A stretch of 32,000 bases of DNA from Candidatus Saccharimonadota bacterium (lineage in GTDB: Archaea > Nanohalarchaeota > Nanosalinia > Nanosalinales > Nanosalinaceae). Below, piece after piece: positions 1 to 8,022 of this stretch. The notes beneath the pieces are model-generated. The model saw only the letters and a list, made by a program, of their open reading frames with translations. It was not told where the DNA came from and did no database searches. Location of the stretch: contig CP012986.1 of the NCBI GenBank assembly GCA_001761425.1, positions 450,001 to 482,000 of the forward strand, in the 5' to 3' direction. The number at the start of each line of letters is the position of its first letter. Position 1 is the stretch's first letter. The position numbers and the translations under genes were made by a program.

Positions 1-56
1 GTACGAAGAAGCTACTGGAAGAGAAATATAATGAGTTGAGGCCTTTAACTGTTTTT

Positions 57-224
57 TCAGGCCTTTACTGTGATAGGAAGTTTTTCCTGTTTCATTTCTC
101 TCTTGGCGATGTCCATAGGCTCTTCGTCGCCTTCTGTGTCTACGAATGCTGGTGCTCCCATTGCGATTTGAAGGCTTCTTGCGCCCAGGACTCTTGCTTT
201 CTCGTATCTTGTGAAATCTTTCAT
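57..224 (-). CDS. rpoK: DNA-directed RNA polymerase subunit K (Rpo6/omega-like), 55 aa; below the ORF-track size cutoff
   Basis: Hand translation of the minus strand gives MKDFTRYEKARVLGARSLQIAMGAPAFVDTEGDEEPMDIAKREMKQEKLPITVKA*. The TRYEKARVLGARSLQIAMGAP core is the conserved RpoK/Rpb6 motif. ATG at 224, TGA at 57-59. Confidence 0.8.
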   Translation of the reverse strand: MKDFTRYEKARVLGARSLQIAMGAPAFVDTEGDEEPMDIAKREMKQEKLPITVKA

Positions 225-230
225 TTAGTA

Positions 231-995
231 TCAACCTATGTAGCCTAGATCAGAACCTCCTTGACTGTCCTGATCAGGGCTCTGTGATTGTTTGAGGTTC
301 TGAAGTTTTTTAAGCACTTCCTGTGATTCCTGAACTTTCTCATCCAGATCGCTGTAGTCAAGGTCTACTTCAAGGATTTTCTCTAGAGTCTGTAGAACTG
401 CTTCAGTGGACTTCGGATCGCTCAGAAGGAAGCCCGGTGTTTCTCCAAGTATGCATACTCCTTTTATACCACGTTCCCGGCCCATGCTGACAAGAAGGCC
501 TGAAACGCCGACTATCTGACCTACTTCGTGGTCAAATTCCAGGAACTCTTCATATATTTCTCTCTGATCTTCGTCCGTGACTGCTCCGAAGACATCAGGT
601 TCTTCTACCACGTCTCCGGTTCCGTAACCGCCGATGGTGAGAATCTCATCTGCTTCTAAATCTTCGATGAAATCAAGTATTACCTCTGCTATATCGTAGT
701 GTCCTTCAGGGTTTGAGGCCTGAGCATTGCCTTCTAGAAGGATGATATCTCTTCCTTCGTCTCTCTGAAGCTGGTAGATATTGTTTTTGATCATCTCCAC
801 TTTTTTCCCATCATCGACTATAGTGTAAGGCGGGAAGTGGTGGCTGTGGATCTCGCCTATTTTCTCCGCTTCCAGGTTATCAGCCAGGTAACTTACACAG
901 TTTCTTCCGATGTGACCGATGCCTGCGAGGCCTTCGATAAATAACGGGTTTTCTACTCCAGGTTCTTTATCCAGTTTCAGTTCAGTTTGAGACAT
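231..995 (-). CDS. PAC2-family (COG1938) proteasome assembly chaperone-like protein
   Basis: 254-aa ORF. The N-terminus LFIEGLAGIGHIGRNCVSYL...EIHSHHFPPY resembles archaeal PbaA/PbaB-type PAC2 proteins. Acidic C-terminal tail. Confidence 0.6.
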   Translation of the reverse strand: MSQTELKLDKEPGVENPLFIEGLAGIGHIGRNCVSYLADNLEAEKIGEIHSHHFPPYTIVDDGKKVEMIKNNIYQLQRDEGRDIILLEGNAQASNPEGHYDIAEVILDFIEDLEADEILTIGGYGTGDVVEEPDVFGAVTDEDQREIYEEFLEFDHEVGQIVGVSGLLVSMGRERGIKGVCILGETPGFLLSDPKSTEAVLQTLEKILEVDLDYSDLDEKVQESQEVLKKLQNLKQSQSPDQDSQGGSDLGYIG

Positions 996-1001
996 ATTGA
1001 T

Positions 1002-1145
1002 TCATTCACCTTTCTTTGTCTTACGGCGGTATTTCCCGTATTTATCCGGGAAAGAAAACTTTGGAGGTCTCGCCCTCTCTGTTTCAACACCGCAGTGTTC
1101 ATCTTTCAACGTGTAACTACTGCATTCTGGACACTTTTTAATCAT
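1002..1145 (-). CDS. nop10: H/ACA RNP subunit Nop10, 47 aa; below the ORF-track cutoff
   Basis: Hand translation gives MIKKCPECSSYTLKDEHCGVETERARPPKFSFPDKYGKYRRKTKKGE*. It has the zinc-ribbon CxxC..C plus PPKFSP-like/YGKYRR motifs typical of Nop10. It lies directly downstream of aIF2-alpha, the conserved archaeal arrangement. Confidence 0.8.
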   Translation of the reverse strand: MIKKCPECSSYTLKDEHCGVETERARPPKFSFPDKYGKYRRKTKKGE

Positions 1146-1164
1146 AGGAGTTCACCGAAAGGCC

Positions 1165-1920
1165 TTATGCACGGCTGAACCTGAACTCGCCGTCAAGTTC
1201 GTCCGCTTTATCTCTGATCTGGTCCACAGCTTGGTCCATTCGTTTCTTCGCAAGTTCCTGTGTCCGGCCCCAGGCCTTGATAGAGTATTTAGGTGCTGAG
1301 ATATATTTGACTTCCACTCCTTCCTCAAGGCCTTCAAAAGTCTTTTTTATGAGTTCTGTTCCATTACCCTGGCTGTATTCGAGATCGATCTCTCCCTCGA
1401 ATTTCTCCTGTTTCAGGTCGATGTTTTCACGGGCTACTTCCTGGACGGCCTCCACTATTTCTTCCTCCAGTAGGTCTTTCAGACGCTCTTCCTCGGCAAC
1501 TGATACCTCAAAGCCGTGGAAGCTGGATCCGAACTCTTCCTGGAGCTTGAAACCGATTTCCTCGTAGGCCTCTTTCTTTTCTATATCTAGTTTGTCTGCC
1601 AGGTCTTCGATGAAGGCCTCTGCTTTTTTCTCTTTGTTCCAGCGGGCCATTGCGTCTCTTTTCTGGTTCTCGTTTACTCTTTTGATGGAGAGGTTAATGC
1701 TATCTTGGTCTACCTCGATTACCTGTGCGACCGTCTTCTCTCCCTCGCCCAGTTCTTTTCTGACGTCCTGTATCCAGGAGCGGGAGACCTCGGAGATGTG
1801 CAGAAGCCCGTCGACGTCTCTGTATTCGTCAAGTTCTGCGTATGCCGAATTCTTGTCCACATCTGTAAGTGTTATTACAACAAAATCTCCTTCGTCAGGT
1901 TTATCTTTGTACCAGCGCAT
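1165..1920 (-). CDS. eif2a: translation initiation factor aIF2 alpha subunit
   Basis: 251-aa ORF with an N-terminal S1/OB domain (GDFVVITLTDVDKNSAYAELDEY..GLLHISEVS). Length and layout are typical of aIF2-alpha. A TATA-like TTTTTAAG lies about 30 nt upstream of the ATG. Confidence 0.85.
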   Translation of the reverse strand: MRWYKDKPDEGDFVVITLTDVDKNSAYAELDEYRDVDGLLHISEVSRSWIQDVRKELGEGEKTVAQVIEVDQDSINLSIKRVNENQKRDAMARWNKEKKAEAFIEDLADKLDIEKKEAYEEIGFKLQEEFGSSFHGFEVSVAEEERLKDLLEEEIVEAVQEVARENIDLKQEKFEGEIDLEYSQGNGTELIKKTFEGLEEGVEVKYISAPKYSIKAWGRTQELAKKRMDQAVDQIRDKADELDGEFRFSRA

Positions 1921-2146
1921 AGATTCGTAGTGGAAAGTGATTCTTAAAAAGACGCCTCTGGCTCCCAGATCAGGCTGTTAGTAACCACGATTTATTACTG
2001 GGGAAAATAGAGATGATCGAAACAGGGTTAAACACATGGGAAGGCCTTGTACTGGGTTTTTCCGTGCCTGAACGTCTGTTGTGAAATTTTGATAAAATTG
2101 AAAGTATCTGCGGGCGGGAGAGAATGAAGTGAAAGGCCTTGAAGAT

Positions 2147-2320
2147 TTATTCTACTTCAAGGTGTTCTATGATTTCTGCGTTCAGCTCTGCCTGTCCGCC
2201 TGTGGGTTTTGCGATAACTGTTCCACAGACAAGGCATTCGACGCTTGTGGAAGCTCTGGAAAAGATTACCTGTTCGTTTCCACATTCGTTGCATTTTGCT
2301 TTGTAAAAATTGCGTGCCAT
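2147..2320 (-). CDS. rps27e: 30S ribosomal protein S27e, 57 aa; below the ORF-track cutoff
   Basis: Hand translation gives MARNFYKAKCNECGNEQVIFSRASTSVECLVCGTVIAKPTGGQAELNAEIIEHLEVE*, with the C4 zinc ribbon characteristic of eS27. Confidence 0.85.
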   Translation of the reverse strand: MARNFYKAKCNECGNEQVIFSRASTSVECLVCGTVIAKPTGGQAELNAEIIEHLEVE

Positions 2321-2330
2321 AATTGATTTT

Positions 2331-2633
2331 TCACCTCTCTATTTCGAACTTTGCTGCTCTTGGCTGATTTCTGGGCTTCCATGACTTTCCGCATTCTTTG
2401 CATGAGAACTGTAGGTCGTGCTTGCTGGAAGTAGGATTGGACTTACCTCTTGAAAGGTGTGAAGGATCTTCGAACGGGAACGAACCGTATCCTTTATCGA
2501 TCTTTCTCTGTCTCTTCCTGTGTTTCTTCTTGAAAGGACTGGTACCTCTGTTGGTAACTTCCTTTACTGTTTGCTCCGTATGTTCATCGCAGCTGGGACA
2601 GTATCTTCGCTGCTCCTTTGGAATCTTGACCAT
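2331..2633 (-). CDS. rpl44e: 50S ribosomal protein L44e (eL42)
   Basis: ORF-track 2331..2675 begins at a GTG. The internal ATG at 2633 gives MVKIPKEQRRYCPSCDEHTEQTVKEV..., the typical L44e N-terminus and zinc ribbon, and leaves a 42-nt spacer after pyrH. Confidence 0.85.
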   Translation of the reverse strand: MVKIPKEQRRYCPSCDEHTEQTVKEVTNRGTSPFKKKHRKRQRKIDKGYGSFPFEDPSHLSRGKSNPTSSKHDLQFSCKECGKSWKPRNQPRAAKFEIER

Positions 2634-2675
2634 ATCAGAAATCGAGGTGTTAAACTTTAAAAGACCTCTTCTCAC

Positions 2676-3314
2676 TCATGGAACAATCTGGGTTCCCAGG
2701 GCCTCATCCGGATCACTGATGTTTTCCAGCGTCCCTTCCAGAATCCTGGTTTCAGTACCTGAACGTTCGATAATATCGATAGCGGTCAAATCGATCAGCT
2801 CGTGACCACCGGCCTCATTGTTCCCTGAAACAACACTTCTTAGCTTCTCTGTAGAGATTTGGTCGAAACGTTTAGCATCAACCTCTTCAGGGTTTTTATC
2901 ATAGACACCGTCAACAGTGGTAGCGATATACAGATCTGCCTCCAGAATCTCGGCAGCGATAGCAGCCACAGCATCTGTCGAATGACCAGGGGTAAGGCCT
3001 CCCATCACAACATTCTGGCCGGTACTTGCTGCCTTCCTGATCTCTTCAGCGGTCTTTGGAGTATCAGGGTAGGCCTTCATCGCAGTCATCAAGGTCTTTG
3101 CGTTCAGACGGGTAGCGGCGATACCGACCAAGTCCTGTTCTCCCTGATTGCCGAAGTCTCCTGCTGCACGGATATACTCTTTGAGGCCTCCAGCACCGGT
3201 TACGACTAAAATCTGTTCTTCACCGTTCTGTAAGGCATTTGCCAGGTCTCCGAGCTCATCAAGGTTTTCGGTTATAAGCGATCCGCTTACCGCATATACT
3301 TTATCGACGTTCAT
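2676..3314 (-). CDS. pyrH: uridylate (UMP) kinase, archaeal type
   Basis: 212-aa amino-acid-kinase fold: VVTGAGGLKEYI, VMGGLTPGHSTDAVAA, ATTVDGVYDKNP. Confidence 0.8.
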   Translation of the reverse strand: MNVDKVYAVSGSLITENLDELGDLANALQNGEEQILVVTGAGGLKEYIRAAGDFGNQGEQDLVGIAATRLNAKTLMTAMKAYPDTPKTAEEIRKAASTGQNVVMGGLTPGHSTDAVAAIAAEILEADLYIATTVDGVYDKNPEEVDAKRFDQISTEKLRSVVSGNNEAGGHELIDLTAIDIIERSGTETRILEGTLENISDPDEALGTQIVP

Positions 3315-3949
3315 TTGATTACCTCCGCGTTCCCACGGTTTTCAAGTATCTCGGCGTTATCTTCCGGCACTTCGACCTGATCGCCTTCCTCGAAAGGTCC
3401 GTAGGCCTCGAGATCAGTGCCCATGAACTCTGGTACATCAGAATTGATCTCTACGATGTTGTAACCTTCCTCGGGTTCTGGAAGATCATCTTCTCTGGTA
3501 TCCTCTTCCTCTTCTTCACTGTTTTCTTTAGTTTCTTCTTTTTCCGATGCCTTTTCCGCCATTTCAGGCCTTTGCGGGTTTGCATCTTCTTCCTGTGCAT
3601 CCAGGAAATCGCTTATCCTGTCTCTGTGATCGGAGAAGTTTTCTTTTAGTTCTCTGAAGAGCTGTTTTTCTCTTGGCATCACGTTCATCTCTTCCAGGCT
3701 GACATTGGATGTGACGGACAGCTGGGCGTTTTTCACTATCTTGTCCTCCCTCAGAGATATTATCTTCCTGAAAACTCTTTTTGCGTTCTTGTATTCCCTT
3801 GATTCTCCTGATACATCTTTTTTCCGGCTCAGGTACTCTACTACGTCGGCGACAAAGTCTTCATCCAGTTCTGAAAGCTCATCCTGTCTTCTTTCCTGTT
3901 TCTGGATTTTTCTCAGCTCGCTGAATGTCAGTGCTTCGTCTCCGCTCAT
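3311..3949 (-). CDS. GINS-like replication complex subunit (Gins51-type N-terminus) with a long acidic linker
   Basis: The N-terminus LTFSELRKIQKQERRQDELSELDEDFVADVVEYL matches the archaeal GINS A-domain pattern. The gene sits immediately downstream of the primase gene, a known archaeal linkage. The call is by motif recall only. Confidence 0.5.
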   Translation of the reverse strand: MSGDEALTFSELRKIQKQERRQDELSELDEDFVADVVEYLSRKKDVSGESREYKNAKRVFRKIISLREDKIVKNAQLSVTSNVSLEEMNVMPREKQLFRELKENFSDHRDRISDFLDAQEEDANPQRPEMAEKASEKEETKENSEEEEEDTREDDLPEPEEGYNIVEINSDVPEFMGTDLEAYGPFEEGDQVEVPEDNAEILENRGNAEVIK

Positions 3950-3999
3950 CCTATTTTAACCACGTTCTTGTAAACTTTTTAGGCCCTGCCTCGGAGCTT

Positions 4000-5394
4000 T
4001 CAGGAAATCTTTCTGACTTCTCCATCGCCCTCACACTCCTTTACATGCCTTTTGTAGTAATGATTTTCGCTCTTGTAGCTCTTGCCGCAGTAAGGACACT
4101 CTACATCTTCATCATCTTCCTCACCGCCTCCATTGCCATCTTCCCTGCGGTTAGCCTTCCTGAAAGCATAACTGACAGGGTTCGGGACCTGCTCCTCCAG
4201 GTTGTCGCCTTCATACACTTGCATATCTTTGTAATATCCGTTAGCATCGTAGTTCGGTGGAGGGACATCTTCATCACGGTTTCTGTGCCAGTTCAACTGT
4301 CCTTTGACATAGGCCTCACGCAGGGCCTCATTGTTTCTCTCGTTCCACTGCCAGATCTTGGACTCTATCTCCTCCCAGGAATAGCCCACAGTCCTGTAAA
4401 AATTGATCAGGATAAACAGGCCGCGCTTTCTTCCGTCTTCAAGGCCTTCAAGAATGTTTTTTACCGTAGGAGGGAAGTATTTCTCCGGTATGGCGTCTTC
4501 AGGCCTTTCAAAATCTCTGTCCTGGTTCATGCGCTCTTCTTTCTTTTCCTTACGCCTTTCCTCGATGAAATCCATAGCCTGGATCACAAGGTTCTTTGCC
4601 TCTCCTTTCTCGTAGTCCTCGAGGAAGTCTGTTTCAAAGTCGACATTTTCTATTTCTGCCTGTTCTTTCTCGAAATTCTTGATTTCCTCTGGGTCGATAG
4701 GCAGGGATACAAGCCAGCTGCCGTCGTGTAGAGAGTAAGGCATACGGAAAAGATGTCTTTGACCCCAGTCATTCTCTATATCCGAGACCTGATATGGGTC
4801 AAGGCCTTGATCCGTCTCCATTTCTTCTCTGTAGCCGTATTCTTCGACTTTTTCTATTAACTGTTCTTCCAGCTGTTCTCTCAGGTAATCAACTATTCCC
4901 CGTGCCAGGTTAGGGTATAACTGGGAGAAATGCTGGTCATTAACGTTCTCGGGTAAGGCCTCCCCTCTTATGCCGATATGGAATCCTCTGTTTCCTGAGA
5001 ATTTCACTGAAATATTTTTTATGTCGTGCTGTCTTAGTTCTTCTACTAGAAGCTGTGCTGTTTCTTTTGCGAGTTCAAAGCTGTAGTCGCAGTCGATATC
5101 CATTACAAGGTCCCAGGCCTCACGGAGATTGTCTAGGTTGGAGACGTTGTCTATCAGAAGAGGGTTTTTCCATCGTTCGACGGAGGCGTGGAAGGCTATG
5201 GCACCGTTGTTTACAAGTTCTTCGAAGTCGCCTCTGAAGTTTATTGCGTCAGGCCTTTTTCCGTATCCTTTCGGGTATGTCGGGGTTATCTCACGGTATT
5301 CGGAGGTGCGGAGAAATTTCTCTATAAGTTCGTCCTGCTCGTAGTACTGTCTTATCTTCCAGTCCTGAGGCCTTTTACCCTCCTCTTCCCCCAT
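4000..5394 (-). CDS. priS: DNA primase: AEP catalytic (PriS) domain fused to a PriL-CTD-like helical domain and a C-terminal zinc finger
   Basis: AEP motifs are LVMDIDCD (DxD), FSGNRGFHIGI (sGxGxH) and MPYSLHDGS (hD). The C-terminal half has FPPTVKNILEGLEDGRKRGLFILINFY, resembling the FPPC motif region of PriL. The tail is CPYCGKSYKSENHYYKRH. Confidence 0.8.
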   Translation of the reverse strand: MGEEEGKRPQDWKIRQYYEQDELIEKFLRTSEYREITPTYPKGYGKRPDAINFRGDFEELVNNGAIAFHASVERWKNPLLIDNVSNLDNLREAWDLVMDIDCDYSFELAKETAQLLVEELRQHDIKNISVKFSGNRGFHIGIRGEALPENVNDQHFSQLYPNLARGIVDYLREQLEEQLIEKVEEYGYREEMETDQGLDPYQVSDIENDWGQRHLFRMPYSLHDGSWLVSLPIDPEEIKNFEKEQAEIENVDFETDFLEDYEKGEAKNLVIQAMDFIEERRKEKKEERMNQDRDFERPEDAIPEKYFPPTVKNILEGLEDGRKRGLFILINFYRTVGYSWEEIESKIWQWNERNNEALREAYVKGQLNWHRNRDEDVPPPNYDANGYYKDMQVYEGDNLEEQVPNPVSYAFRKANRREDGNGGGEEDDEDVECPYCGKSYKSENHYYKRHVKECEGDGEVRKIS

Positions 5395-5473
5395 GATTGA
5401 TTTTTATCGGTAAACTGTAAAAAACCGTCCGGGTGCTTCCCCCCAGAAAATAGTTTCAGGGTCTCAGAACCGG

Positions 5474-5869
5474 TTAATCTTGGTTGTCAAAGTCTAGGGC
5501 CTTGGAATTGATGCAGAACCGTTTCCCTGTCGGCTCAGGCCCGTCTTCAAATACGTGCCCGAGGTGAGATCCGCAGTTGGCACATACGACCTCGGTCCTG
5601 TTCATCCCGAGACTGTTATCGTCTTTGAACTCAACTGTGCCATCAATCGCATCGTAAAACGAAGGCCACTGGTCGGATTCGAACTTGGTATCTGAGTCAA
5701 AAAGTTTCTGTCCACAGGCCTTGCATCGGTAGATTCCTTCATCGTCTTTTTTCAGGTATTCTCCGGTTCCAGGCCTTTCGGTGTCTGCCTCTCGCAGGAT
5801 TCTGTACTCCTCTTCGCTGAGTCTGTCCTTTAATTCTTCCTCGTCGATCTGTTCTACCATATAGTTCAC
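5474..5869 (-). CDS. msrB: peptide-methionine (R)-S-oxide reductase MsrB
   Basis: SelR domain with two CxxC pairs (CKACGQ, CANCGSHLGHVF) and the RFCINS catalytic Cys motif. Confidence 0.85.
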   Translation of the reverse strand: MNYMVEQIDEEELKDRLSEEEYRILREADTERPGTGEYLKKDDEGIYRCKACGQKLFDSDTKFESDQWPSFYDAIDGTVEFKDDNSLGMNRTEVVCANCGSHLGHVFEDGPEPTGKRFCINSKALDFDNQD

Positions 5870-5931
5870 CTGGTTTCTTCAGAGTTAAACCTACGGTTTT
5901 TTGTGTTTATGATTGCTTCTGTGAAAAGGCC

Positions 5932-6666
5932 TTATTCCTGGCTGATTTCTTCTGTGTAGACTTCTGGGGGTATCTCATGGCTTCCTAAAGTGTTTTTCGT
6001 GATGTTCCAGTCGTCGTGCTGGTTTATAAGGTGTCTGATGCTTTTTTCGTCTCTGGGATATTTTACTGTCCGGAAATCTCTGTCTTGATCGATTAAGGCA
6101 CCTCTCTCATCGCCCATAGGTTCTTCTGGGATCTGGATTTCACTGCTGTACTGTATCAGGTTTGCCTGCTTCGTCTGAGGCCAGTAAGCTATTAGTTCAA
6201 CTCCTCTGATATCGGGAAAAGCATTTAGAGAAGTGCTACTTATTTCTTCTCCTATTCTGTCTATGTCACGGACTCTGCCTTCGTTATAAAATACCAGTGA
6301 GAAAGAGGAGTCTGCTACAGAACTGTTCATATCTTCGATCTCCCTCATAGCGTTCAGACGTTCTTCTCCAGGCCTGAGACTTGCGGGGACGGCCTCCCGC
6401 TGATATACAGGAACCTCGCCCGGATCTGGAACTTCTTCTTTTCCTTCTTGTTTCTTCTCCAGCCAGACATCCTCGTTGATATACTCGAAACCTAGGTAGG
6501 CCTCATCCATATCATCTAGGATTTCATCGACAGAAAAACCTCTGAAACGCTGATTATCCTCAACGTTCCTGGGCTTATCTAAAATATAGATCCTGTTAGG
6601 TTCGTAGCCAAACTTTCTCCGCTCATCTTCCGAGGGGTAGGCCTCGCCTTCAAAAGCAGTCTCCAT
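5932..6666 (-). CDS. hypothetical acidic protein
   Basis: 244-aa ORF with composition like its neighbours. No motif recognised. Confidence 0.5.
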   Translation of the reverse strand: METAFEGEAYPSEDERRKFGYEPNRIYILDKPRNVEDNQRFRGFSVDEILDDMDEAYLGFEYINEDVWLEKKQEGKEEVPDPGEVPVYQREAVPASLRPGEERLNAMREIEDMNSSVADSSFSLVFYNEGRVRDIDRIGEEISSTSLNAFPDIRGVELIAYWPQTKQANLIQYSSEIQIPEEPMGDERGALIDQDRDFRTVKYPRDEKSIRHLINQHDDWNITKNTLGSHEIPPEVYTEEISQE

Positions 6667-6747
6667 AACTATATTTTAGGCCTGAAAATCTTTAACTCTG
6701 ACGAACCTCTGTAACTTCTTGGTAAAAAGAGAGGTTAAATGGGTATG

Positions 6748-6777
6748 TGAAGAGTTTTATTCCTCTTCTATGCGTGG
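6748..6777. repeat. direct repeat copy 1: displaced copy of the PCNA 3' end
   Basis: TGAAGAGTTTTATTCCTCTTCTATGCGTGG matches 6813-6842 at 28 of 30 positions. On the minus strand it reads ..SPRIEEE-TAA. Confidence 0.8.
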
Positions 6778-6778
6778 C

Positions 6779-6802
6779 GAAGCATTCGCTATACGATGCT
6801 TC
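6779..6802. repeat. perfect 7-bp stem / 10-nt loop hairpin between the two repeat copies, just downstream of the PCNA stop
   Basis: GAAGCAT-TCGCTATACG-ATGCTTC read directly from the sequence. Confidence 0.7.
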
Positions 6803-6812
6803 TTAGAGCATA

Positions 6813-6842
6813 TGAAGAGTTCTACTCCTCTTCTATGCGTGG
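6813..6842. repeat. direct repeat copy 2: the authentic PCNA 3' end plus 9 nt downstream of the stop
   Basis: TGAAGAGTTCTACTCCTCTTCTATGCGTGG encodes ..APRIEEE-TAG of PCNA on the minus strand. Confidence 0.8.
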
Positions 6843-7574
6843 TGCCAGGACAAAGCTCAGGTCTACTTCGTCTGGTACGATGAATTCGAGTCTCATCGGG
6901 AAGTCTTCGCCGAGCTTGATGGTGACGTTGTCGTTGAGCTTTTTTGCTCCGATCATCTTGGAGAGATAATCCAGGCTGAACATGGATTTTGCGTCGCCAC
7001 CTTCCATATCGAGGACTCCTTCTGATCCCTCTGTGATCTCGAAGTTGACGTTGGATTGGTCTCCGTCAGCGGAGATTTCGAGGCTTTCGCCGTCGGCGGA
7101 AACTGTTACTGCGTCGGATACGACCATTGCGTCTTTGATAGCGCCTTCAAGTACGTTTGTCTCCAGCTCTGCTTCGAATGTGAAGTCAAGCTGATCTGTG
7201 CTCGGTATATCGTCCTCTGAGAGGTTGAGGATCGGGAGCGAGAAGTTCCTGGTCGAGGAATTCTCCATTGTGATATGGAACTTGGAGTCATCCTCCTTCA
7301 GTTCTAGAGTGATAGTATCGTCGCTGTTTGCTCTTCTGAGGATCGAATAGAAGTTTTCCAGGTTGAGGCCTACCTTTGTTTCCTCTTCCAGTTCATAACT
7401 TTCGAAGACTTCTTCCTTAAGCTTGTAGTCCACAAGGCCTACCATTGCAGGGTCTGCTGCGATCAGTTTGATGCCGTCTTCCTCTAGCTGGAAGAGGCCT
7501 TCACTGATAAGGTCTGAGACGGTTTTCATCGAGTCCTTCAGTAGTCCTACGTCCTCAAGTTCTGCTTTAAACAT
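6822..7574 (-). CDS. pcn: DNA polymerase sliding clamp (PCNA)
   Basis: 250 aa. Has MFKAEL...LKDSMKTVSDLISEG, the typical two-domain layout, and the LAPRIEEE C-terminus characteristic of archaeal PCNA. Confidence 0.9.
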   Translation of the reverse strand: MFKAELEDVGLLKDSMKTVSDLISEGLFQLEEDGIKLIAADPAMVGLVDYKLKEEVFESYELEEETKVGLNLENFYSILRRANSDDTITLELKEDDSKFHITMENSSTRNFSLPILNLSEDDIPSTDQLDFTFEAELETNVLEGAIKDAMVVSDAVTVSADGESLEISADGDQSNVNFEITEGSEGVLDMEGGDAKSMFSLDYLSKMIGAKKLNDNVTIKLGEDFPMRLEFIVPDEVDLSFVLAPRIEEE

Positions 7575-7593
7575 TTCAATAATTCACCTTATG

Positions 7594-7929
7594 TTACTCG
7601 GATGTGCTAACAACTTTTTTAACTCTGTCGTAAAGCTCTGGATCAAGGCCTTCAAGGCTCTGGACGATCTCTCCCTGGATCTCAAAGCTGTCAGGTGTTG
7701 GAAGAACTCTTCCGAATACTCTTACCCGAGCGTTTTCCTCTATATCTTCTAAAGCTTCTTCATCGAGGAAGGCTTCCACTGAGCCGGTTCCATCGTCGAT
7801 TGTTACTGCATCCTGGTCTTTTGAGAGTACTGTTCCGATTATTCTTACTCTTATATCGTTCTGCGGGTTGATGTCTTCGATGTTTTTAGGCCTTGCAGGT
7901 GCTCTTCTCTGCTGTTGCTCTGGTGGCAT
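7594..7929 (-). CDS. small OB-fold nucleic-acid-binding protein, possibly an RPA-associated ssDNA-binding subunit
   Basis: 111 aa. The pattern IRVRIIGTVLSKDQDAVTIDDGTGSVEAFL...RVRVFGRV is an OB-fold (tRNA_anti-like) signature. It lies 19 nt upstream of PCNA on the same strand. Confidence 0.45.
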   Translation of the reverse strand: MPPEQQQRRAPARPKNIEDINPQNDIRVRIIGTVLSKDQDAVTIDDGTGSVEAFLDEEALEDIEENARVRVFGRVLPTPDSFEIQGEIVQSLEGLDPELYDRVKKVVSTSE

Positions 7930-8022
7930 AATAGTTCAGACGCATCTAACTGTTTTAACTTTGTTTCTACTGTACCTCAAATTTCGAAGGTTTCAAATAC
8001 AGGTTTCCGCAAATATCTTTGT

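Noticed and set aside
1-56. Possible 3' end of a plus-strand gene (frame 1 open to the TGA at 37-39, frame 2 to the TAA at 29-31)
   Set aside because: Only 9-12 codons are visible, so the frame cannot be chosen and no function can be assigned.
36-248. 70-aa plus-strand ORF
   Set aside because: It is antisense to a convincing rpoK reading frame (57-224) and has no recognisable motif.
987-1178. 63-aa plus-strand ORF, and similarly 2129..2326
   Set aside because: They are antisense shadows of nop10 (1002-1145) and rps27e (2147-2320) respectively.
1921-2146. 226-nt spacer checked for a small RNA: a C/D-box-like GATGATC near 2013 and a CTGA near 2068
   Set aside because: The C box does not match RUGAUGA. 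There are no internal D'/C' boxes and no terminal stem. The spacer is adequately explained by the aIF2-alpha promoter (TTTTTAAG about 30 nt upstream of the ATG) plus the rps27e 3' region.
3925-4731. 268-aa plus-strand ORF, with further plus-strand ORFs 4403..4615 and 5055..5400
   Set aside because: They lie entirely antisense to the primase gene, which has clear AEP motifs. Their sequence is Leu/Phe/Ser-rich and low-complexity, typical of shadow ORFs opposite acidic (GAA/GAG-rich) genes.
6789-6824. Stop-codon readthrough or frameshift linking PCNA to the displaced ..PRIEEE copy
   Set aside because: The in-frame continuation after the TAG hits another TAG after 10 codons, and the duplicate lies in a different phase. 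No slippery sequence was seen.
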